Assembly: GCA_034718555.1 (NCBI GenBank)
Contig: JAYEMW010000346.1
Coordinates: 1-44,393, forward strand
Reading direction: 5' to 3'
Origin: Thermodesulfobacteriota bacterium
Lineage (GTDB): Bacteria; Desulfobacterota; DSM-4660; Desulfatiglandales; B25-G16
Length of the DNA stretch: 44,393 nucleotides
The translations under genes and the position numbers were made by a program. Shown in pieces: positions 8,201 to 14,042 of this stretch. Numbering within the stretch: position 1 is the first letter of the stretch; each line of letters begins with the position of its first letter. The notes under the pieces are model-generated. The model saw nothing but the letters and a program-made list of their open reading frames with translations. It searched no databases and was not told the DNA's origin.

Positions 8201-8961
8201 TAACACTCACCATAACGGACGAGCTGTGGGAGGGAATGGGGGTTGTCATAATTTTCGGCATAGCATTTGCGACGGTTTTAACCCTTATAGTAGTTCCGGT
8301 CATGTATTCCCTGTTTGAAGCATTTGGGTATCATATAACCTCTGCATTTAAAGGGCCACGATGGAAAGAGCCGCCTGCCGGGCAGAGCTTTTTCTTTACC
8401 CGCAGAAGGTATGCCAGGATATGGCTGTCTCTAATATTTATTATTCAGGTGGCGGCCATAGGTGCGGGAATATACTTCCTTGCGCCTATGTTTATGTCTA
8501 TTATGGAATCAACTGTGTTCAAGGCTCCTACCATGCTCAAGCTTGTTATAGAGATTGTCGTCTTTGCCCTTGGGATATTCTTGCAGGGAATAGGGGTTCT
8601 TTTTGTCCTATTGCTACCCAGTTGGATAGGACTTATTTATTTTATGGATCGAAGGACCGCAGACGAGCAGTATGTTGATGTGACACCTGAAGGTTTTATA
8701 GTGACCTCTCCGGTAGAGAAAATATTTGTACCGGCTACGGAAATAAGAAGAGTGAGTTACTCCCGGCTTAGAAACCGATTGATTATTCAGGCAGGGAGGA
8801 GAAGGATAAAGATAAGAGGCGTGGTGGAAGACAGGAAAACTCCGGCCAAGGCGACGTTATGGAAATGGTTTGCGACTCCAGCTCCTGGCCGCTCCGATAT
8901 AAGTGAAGGTATTGTAGCCCTAAAAAGTGCCATAGAAAATATTGCCTTAAAGCGTATATAA
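5278..8961 (+). CDS. RND (AcrB/AcrD/AcrF family) efflux permease with ~200-aa C-terminal extension
   Basis: A 1227-aa ORF with the 12-TM, two-large-loop layout and typical motifs (VVENV..., GLVGLTGIVVNDSIVLVD). Extra hydrophobic helices and a soluble tail follow the normal end of the family at about aa 1025. Confidence 0.9.
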   Translation: MSIFRFIIRHGRIFTLLVIVLPIVAGTFAYQSLPKEGEPEISAPHAIIITSYPGASPSEIESLVTNPLEEELSDIKNVEEMRSSSSESVSVIVIDFDVDADLERSLQKVREKVTDARKDLPDEVEDSTVEEVNLTDVPVILISVVGDMDPIRLKRLAEDVADEIELLPEVLSTDVAGGLTREIQIYLDPERLNQYGLTILDVFNAVKQADINIPGGMVNLAGRRLMLRTLTEIKNVQDYTRVPLIRKWDRVVFLGDVGTVKDGHTEEVSYSRVDGESSVSIAVKKRTGANILETSAKVRRKIKELQRSFPAGVRIITTADQAKYIQQGFDVMNNSAVTGLIIVIIVLYFAMGLRNSVITSLSIPLSLLVAFILLKVFGQTNNNMVRFALVLCIGLLVDNAIIVVENVYHHYQLGKDRLTAVIDGVSEIAAPVISATLTTMAAFLPMLLMTGTTGEYMGYLPKTVTIALSASLIIALIANPLVLARFMKRSVKKGRVIRPEEDLVSLKKIYVRGVSWALNHRFIIVLFTILSLAWAVSLIGMKVIKIEMFPDIDFDYIYITVETPPGTDVDITNDIALQIEKIVKENVPEAVQVVSTAGAKGQSAYEISFGSGKISNFAEVTIELLDGKEYARQSHKEIEKRIRPKLDTIPGAVIRFRPLSWGPPSFAPIVVKVIGPEIEMLRHITEDVKGILTRIPGIADIKDDFSNAPPELRVQVDRDSAAMLDVPLDMVAMGLRGATAGLDIREFRDELDVSRKYDLKVRFSPESRTSTMMLEKVKVRSRSGELVPLSNIAGFNQGPGINSIGHVDRRRVVRVSARNEQRSAVEITTDLKKILEEYKLPNGYAFDLSGEYHETEESFASLKLAYIVSFILIFTLLVTQFNSYFQPLAIMTALPLSVVGAMFGLLVTGNNFSIMGFVGLVGLTGIVVNDSIVLVDCINRMRDKEMNIFNAIIAAGLQRLRPIISTTLSTIGGIITLTITDELWEGMGVVIIFGIAFATVLTLIVVPVMYSLFEAFGYHITSAFKGPRWKEPPAGQSFFFTRRRYARIWLSLIFIIQVAAIGAGIYFLAPMFMSIMESTVFKAPTMLKLVIEIVVFALGIFLQGIGVLFVLLLPSWIGLIYFMDRRTADEQYVDVTPEGFIVTSPVEKIFVPATEIRRVSYSRLRNRLIIQAGRRRIKIRGVVEDRKTPAKATLWKWFATPAPGRSDISEGIVALKSAIENIALKRI

Positions 8962-9005
8962 AGAAAGAGATTTGATGCGTGACTGTCTTGAACGGTTACG
9001 ATAAT

Positions 9006-9914
9006 TCAAACTTTAATGGCATACAGAAGGTGCTCTCCGGACTTACCTTTTAATCTCGCGCGATACATTTTATCGGGCACTACCAACTCCTTTATTTCCT
9101 CATAGGCTGATTGTGAAATCAGCAGTTGCGTGCCAAAATCCTTATTTGACGTTTCTATCCGGCTTGCCATGTTAACTGCGTCTCCAATAGCGGAAACTTT
9201 ACTCATCATGCCGGTATCAAAACTTCCGACAATGACTTTTCCAAAATTAATTCCTGCCCTTATCCCGAAAGAACGGCCGTATATTTGATTGAGATAAGCA
9301 TTGAACTGAATCAAGGCCGTGTGCATTGCTCGAACTGTATTAATAGCATCTAATACAAGGTTTTTGCTATCTTCTATTACCCCAAACAATGCCAATATAC
9401 CGTCTCCTGCCACATCGCTGATAATGCCTTTGTGTTGAACAATAATATCGTTCATAGTTTGATAGTATCGATTTAAAACATGCACCACGTCATAGGCAGG
9501 CAAGGCCTCAGCAAATTGGGAGTAGTTTTCGATATCAGTAAAGAGAATCGAAAGATCTTTTTCTTGTCCAAGCTTGGTGCCGGACGTATCTCCGAATTGC
9601 TTTAATATGATTTTTATATCCAGGTCATCAACAACTTGACGTCTAATAGCAATATTTCCACGTATTTTTGTTTGGCAGGCAAGTCGAATATTTTCAGGTA
9701 ATCCAAGTTTGTCGGCTAACTGCTTTTCTTTTTCATTCCGAGGCAGACAGTTGTCCAATCCATCGATAACATAGACCCGGCAGGTTGAACATCGGGCATT
9801 TCCCCCACAAACATGAATGTGGTTGATTTTAGCCTTGAGTGTGGCCTCTAATATTGTGCTGTCCGGTGATGCAAAAATTGTTTTGTCGTCTGTTTGAGAG
9901 AATATCTTGTACAT
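9006..9914 (-). CDS. [2Fe-2S] ferredoxin domain fused to class III adenylate/guanylate cyclase domain
   Basis: The N-terminus has C-x5-C-x2-C...C (VCGGNARCSTCRV...LACQT). The C-terminus has cyclase motifs: LFTDIENYS (metal Asp), VAGDGILALFG (metal Asp), IRAGINFGKV and IGDAVNMASRIE (Asn/Arg). Confidence 0.85.
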   Translation of the reverse strand: MYKIFSQTDDKTIFASPDSTILEATLKAKINHIHVCGGNARCSTCRVYVIDGLDNCLPRNEKEKQLADKLGLPENIRLACQTKIRGNIAIRRQVVDDLDIKIILKQFGDTSGTKLGQEKDLSILFTDIENYSQFAEALPAYDVVHVLNRYYQTMNDIIVQHKGIISDVAGDGILALFGVIEDSKNLVLDAINTVRAMHTALIQFNAYLNQIYGRSFGIRAGINFGKVIVGSFDTGMMSKVSAIGDAVNMASRIETSNKDFGTQLLISQSAYEEIKELVVPDKMYRARLKGKSGEHLLYAIKV

Positions 9915-10310
9915 TACCTACCCCGATTTTATATGAGTACACAAGATGATTACTATAGATAACCTCAATAGCGCAAGATAATTCCATATTGGCCCCTATG
10001 GTCCTCCGGCTTATGTGAATGAGAGATAATTAATCATTTTAGAGTCTTAGTGTCTTTGTGACTTTGTGGCTGTACTAATACAAAAAAAGTCAAATCGGCG
10101 AGGTGTTTTTTCTCTTGCATGTAACTTTGTTGTTCCGTTAAGTCATTTCAGCATAGCGGGATGCATGAAAGTCGAGCTGCCCGGAAAAGATGCGTCGATA
10201 GAATAGGTATGGCCCAAAACAATATATTAAAGGTGTATCGGGTCCGGGCAGCTCGGTTATGAGAAATGCATATCTTTTTTTAGAAAAGTAGTATAAAGGA
10301 TGAACTATTA

Positions 10311-10520
10311 TCATCTATTAATACAGTATCTTTGCCCACGATACCAGAAACATATTGGACTTCCGCTATACCATACTGCCTGATCATATGTATTTGAAGG
10401 ACCTGGAAGGATATCAGGTTTCTCATCAGGCGGTACAGTTTCATCGTGTGAATCTGTAACCTCTATATGTCCATCTCCGAATATCTTGATACACATATAT
10501 TCACTTTTTTCATTTGCCAT
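10311..10520 (-). CDS. hypothetical 69-aa protein (3 Cys, acidic N-half, aromatic/basic C-half)
   Basis: ATG is preceded by GAGGAGAAAAAAA. It lies 128 nt downstream of, and on the same strand as, the FecR-TPR-barrel gene. No signal peptide or known motif was recognised. Confidence 0.45.
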   Translation of the reverse strand: MANEKSEYMCIKIFGDGHIEVTDSHDETVPPDEKPDILPGPSNTYDQAVWYSGSPICFWYRGQRYCINR

Positions 10521-10648
10521 TTTTTTTCTCCTCTACGTTTTAAATTTTTAAATTAGATAAGCGATGACCTTCTATATCCAATTTAGGTCAAACGCACCCT
10601 TGTATTTTTTATATTCACCTCCTTTCTCCTTTTTTTGCTTAAAATTAT

Positions 10649-13600
10649 TTAAAATGACAGCGTTAACTTGAGTAGAATTAGTCGATCCGGCGCTATTCGA
10701 GGGTTTCCAGGATCAGTGTCCTGAAAATTAAATTCCTCGTTTAACAGGTTTTTGCCTACCACGCTGACAAGGCCATATCGTTTGGGTAAACGGTAGCTGA
10801 TAGAGGTGTCAATGATCCAGAATTGGTCATCTCCTGGGTCAATTGAGTAGGTAAATTCTTTAGGAACTATAAAGTTGCCTTCCTGGCTTAAGTAGGTTGC
10901 CTTCAAGGAAGCGCTGAATCCGCATGGATGGAAGTATCGAATACCAATGGGAATCCGATGGGTGCGTAGCTTTTCAAATTCCTCAACACCTATGAACCCC
11001 TCTGATACATCCCTTTCAAATCGCTCGTATAGATATTCAGCGCTCAACGATAACCAGGTGAATGGGGTCCAGTAAAGGTATGCCCGACTCATCCTTTCCT
11101 CCCAGTCGCGGTGAAAAACGGGGTCCGGCACAGTGGGGTCTTTAAACACTACGTCAAGGTCTCTAAAAGACAACTCGGCCCCGACATAGATGTTGTAAGA
11201 AAATCCGTGGTCTACGGCAAGGCCATATCGCCATGCCTTATCACCTTCGGCGCCAAAAAAGAACTGATTGAATCCGGCCACTTGTGTTGGCTCAATACTG
11301 GGGTCAGCGTTTTGTCTTGATAATATCGGTCTCTGCAACGTCCTGAAGGCAGCCGCCCTTAAGACAGTTGCAGGAGCAGGACTCCAAATCAACCCGAATT
11401 TTGGATTGAATTGGTTACAGTCTTCATCTTTAGATTCCCCTTTTAGAAAATCCCCGCTGCCCCCAATTGTTAAACTGAGGTTCTCTATGAGATCAATGTC
11501 TGAGTATAAATAAAGATTGCTGTATTTTGTTTCATCATCTTCTTTTATAGGAAATCCTCCGTAATCAGTTGTTTCAATCCCATCTAATTTACGATGTCCT
11601 GCGCCGCCGGTTATATTAAACCGTTTGGAATGAAAAAGGTATCGGACTTCGCCTGTGTAGTGATCTACGTCACTATCAATGGCAAAAAAACCTGGTATAA
11701 CATCTGTATAAAGATTTGCATTTTGGTAATTAAAAGAGGCTATGATATCAGATCGAGGTGTAAACGCATGATGAAAACCAAGCCTTGTGGACTGTACCTG
11801 TTCTTTTTGTCTTAAGGTTGGTGTAAAGGATTCATTAAAGATGATTTCAAGATCTCCTTTTTCGCTTTCTGTATAACGAAATTCCCCTTGAATGCTTGTT
11901 TTATGGTTAAGGTTTATCTGGGCGAAAGCATTGTAAATGTTTTGCTCCAAGTCGTTGTTTTCACGAAACCCATCGGTTTTGTAGTGGAATTGACCTAAGC
12001 TGTAGGAGAATTTATCTAAAACAGCAGATAGGACTATTTCGTCCCCTATTGTTTGGTTACCGCCAATGACTCCGCACCCTTGTAATGCAAATCGGTTTCT
12101 ATTAAAGAGTGGGTTAAATTCGGTAAAAGAGGGATCTGTTGGGCCGGCGCCCTCCAGTATGAACAGATTGCTCTCTGCAAGCTGTGGTTGAACCGGAGTT
12201 ATGTTAATTGGCTGAAGAAGTTGGGACTGGAGCAGTTCGCTAACCCTGGCGATTTCATGCCTTGGCAGGGCACTGTATGAGTCTGCCAAAAACCTATGGG
12301 CAGAATAGTTTCCTTGATCAAAACTAAGTGATTTCCAGCCTTCTACCAGCGCAAGCTGATTAAACCCAAGGTCGCCATAAATACGGGCCAAACCGGCGCT
12401 ACGTGCTGCCAGGTCCTGATCTAACATTAGACGAGATCGGTAGACCGCCCGGTTATCATTCAACTCTATGGATTTCTGTAAGTTATGCAATGCCTCGACT
12501 GGACGATTTTTGGTCTGGTTTCGAATTGCGTCATAAAAATAGGATGTAGGATCAAGGGGGTCAAGTTTTTTGGCAATGGAAAATTGATCCATAGCCGGCT
12601 TATCACGTTTTTCTTCAAAATATGCCTTACCCAGATAGCTGCGCATAAGTGAATTGTCCGGGTCGAGGCTTACAGCAATCTCAATCTCGCTCCGGCCTTC
12701 CTTTAGATCACCCTCGCGGATCTTTGCCAGCCCGAGACCGAGCCGAGGCAAAGGGGCTGCCTGGTCTAATTCAATAGCCTTTTTAAAGGTATTCTTTGAA
12801 TCCTTGGTTTTTATCTGTGTAAGATAGGCAAATCCTAACACAGTCTGTGAGTGAGCAATATTGGGATTCAATGAAACAGCCCTTTGTGCTGCATTAACAG
12901 CTCTATCGAGATCACCCTCAGATAGATAGAGTTCTGCCAAACGCGCTTGTGCAAGGGCATTATCCGGGGCTGCTGCTACTGCCTTTTGAAGACAGGCCAA
13001 TGCACCTTGAAGATCATAACCGGCTTGTCTGGCATAAGAGAGCGCAATTTGTGAGGCAATAGAATTTGGAGCCCCCTTAACAGCCTTTTCTGCGAGGATA
13101 AGGGCCTTATCTTTATTATTTTGTGCCACTGCTATGATTGATTGAAGAGAAAATGCAAGGCTATTAGATTTATCAGCAATTAGGGCCTTTTGAATATTCG
13201 ACTTTGCCTCATCAACCCGCCCAACAGATAGTAGCAACGCAGCGCAATAGGTAAAAAAACGTGGATCGTGAATATCTTTTGGGACCTCTTTAAGGATAGA
13301 AAACGCCTTTGTAAGGTCACCGTCCCAGTAAGCCTCTATGGATTTTCTAACTATTTTCTGCCACCTTATTTCGTTGAACTTAGGAAAATCGGATGTACTG
13401 TAGTAAAAAATATGCGGGTAATAAAGGGCCCATTGAACTGAATCTCTGGGATGGACTATCATATATGGAGTAGGTTTATGATTCTTCTTAACCATAGACG
13501 ATTGTCCGCTTATCATGGTGATGCTTCCGAGCTCATTATTAGCTAATACACGTCCTTTGAAAACTGACAGAAAGGTTTTACTGTCATCAACCTTAACAAA

Positions 13601-14029
13601 GAACTCTGTGCCCTCTATTGATGCATTAACAAAGGGTGTAATCACCTTTAGGTTTGTGGGAAAGCGGCTGAAAAAATTTACAGCGCCAATGATAAGTTTT
13701 ATCAAAGAGGTTTGTTTTTTCTTTAATGTTGAAAAAACTATAGTTGTGTTTTGATCGAGGCGAAGGATAGTTTCATCTTGTAGAACAATGGCTGCCCTGC
13801 TTTTCTCCTGAACACGGATCATATCGCCAGATCTATACGTATCATTTAATTTAACTGATATCCATTGCGTTTCCCCTGATCTTTGCGCCTGAACACTACC
13901 TTGTACAGATACAACCCTGGCCACCCATTTATTATGTGTTTCTGCAGCCGCATCTGCATTTGATAGGCTACTCAATAACACAATCATTAGTATTGCAAGA
14001 ATTAAGTGCAAGTTTTTACACTTTTTCAT
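10649..14029 (-). CDS. secreted FecR-domain / TPR-repeat / C-terminal outer-membrane beta-barrel fusion protein
   Basis: I prefer ATG 14029 (MKKCKNLHLILAILMIVLLSSLSNADA signal peptide, GGGGGAGAAAA SD) over the track start at 14071. A FecR-like beta-rich region follows (VSVQGSVQAQ...GDMIRV...AAIVLQDETILRLDQNTTIVF). About 350 aa of TPR-like repeats come next. The last ~480 aa have an alternating beta-strand pattern ending in ...LLKLTLSF, and the terminal Phe is an OMP signature. Confidence 0.75.
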   Translation of the reverse strand: MKKCKNLHLILAILMIVLLSSLSNADAAAETHNKWVARVVSVQGSVQAQRSGETQWISVKLNDTYRSGDMIRVQEKSRAAIVLQDETILRLDQNTTIVFSTLKKKQTSLIKLIIGAVNFFSRFPTNLKVITPFVNASIEGTEFFVKVDDSKTFLSVFKGRVLANNELGSITMISGQSSMVKKNHKPTPYMIVHPRDSVQWALYYPHIFYYSTSDFPKFNEIRWQKIVRKSIEAYWDGDLTKAFSILKEVPKDIHDPRFFTYCAALLLSVGRVDEAKSNIQKALIADKSNSLAFSLQSIIAVAQNNKDKALILAEKAVKGAPNSIASQIALSYARQAGYDLQGALACLQKAVAAAPDNALAQARLAELYLSEGDLDRAVNAAQRAVSLNPNIAHSQTVLGFAYLTQIKTKDSKNTFKKAIELDQAAPLPRLGLGLAKIREGDLKEGRSEIEIAVSLDPDNSLMRSYLGKAYFEEKRDKPAMDQFSIAKKLDPLDPTSYFYDAIRNQTKNRPVEALHNLQKSIELNDNRAVYRSRLMLDQDLAARSAGLARIYGDLGFNQLALVEGWKSLSFDQGNYSAHRFLADSYSALPRHEIARVSELLQSQLLQPINITPVQPQLAESNLFILEGAGPTDPSFTEFNPLFNRNRFALQGCGVIGGNQTIGDEIVLSAVLDKFSYSLGQFHYKTDGFRENNDLEQNIYNAFAQINLNHKTSIQGEFRYTESEKGDLEIIFNESFTPTLRQKEQVQSTRLGFHHAFTPRSDIIASFNYQNANLYTDVIPGFFAIDSDVDHYTGEVRYLFHSKRFNITGGAGHRKLDGIETTDYGGFPIKEDDETKYSNLYLYSDIDLIENLSLTIGGSGDFLKGESKDEDCNQFNPKFGLIWSPAPATVLRAAAFRTLQRPILSRQNADPSIEPTQVAGFNQFFFGAEGDKAWRYGLAVDHGFSYNIYVGAELSFRDLDVVFKDPTVPDPVFHRDWEERMSRAYLYWTPFTWLSLSAEYLYERFERDVSEGFIGVEEFEKLRTHRIPIGIRYFHPCGFSASLKATYLSQEGNFIVPKEFTYSIDPGDDQFWIIDTSISYRLPKRYGLVSVVGKNLLNEEFNFQDTDPGNPRIAPDRLILLKLTLSF

Positions 14030-14042
14030 TTTTCTCCCCCTT

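Noticed and set aside
7323-8303. Long minus-strand ORFs (7323..7793, 7872..8303, and also 5430..5795) lie inside the RND pump gene.
   Set aside because: They are antisense shadow ORFs within a confidently assigned 1227-aa RND gene. Their composition is low-complexity Ser/Thr/Arg-rich, and they have no SD or motifs.
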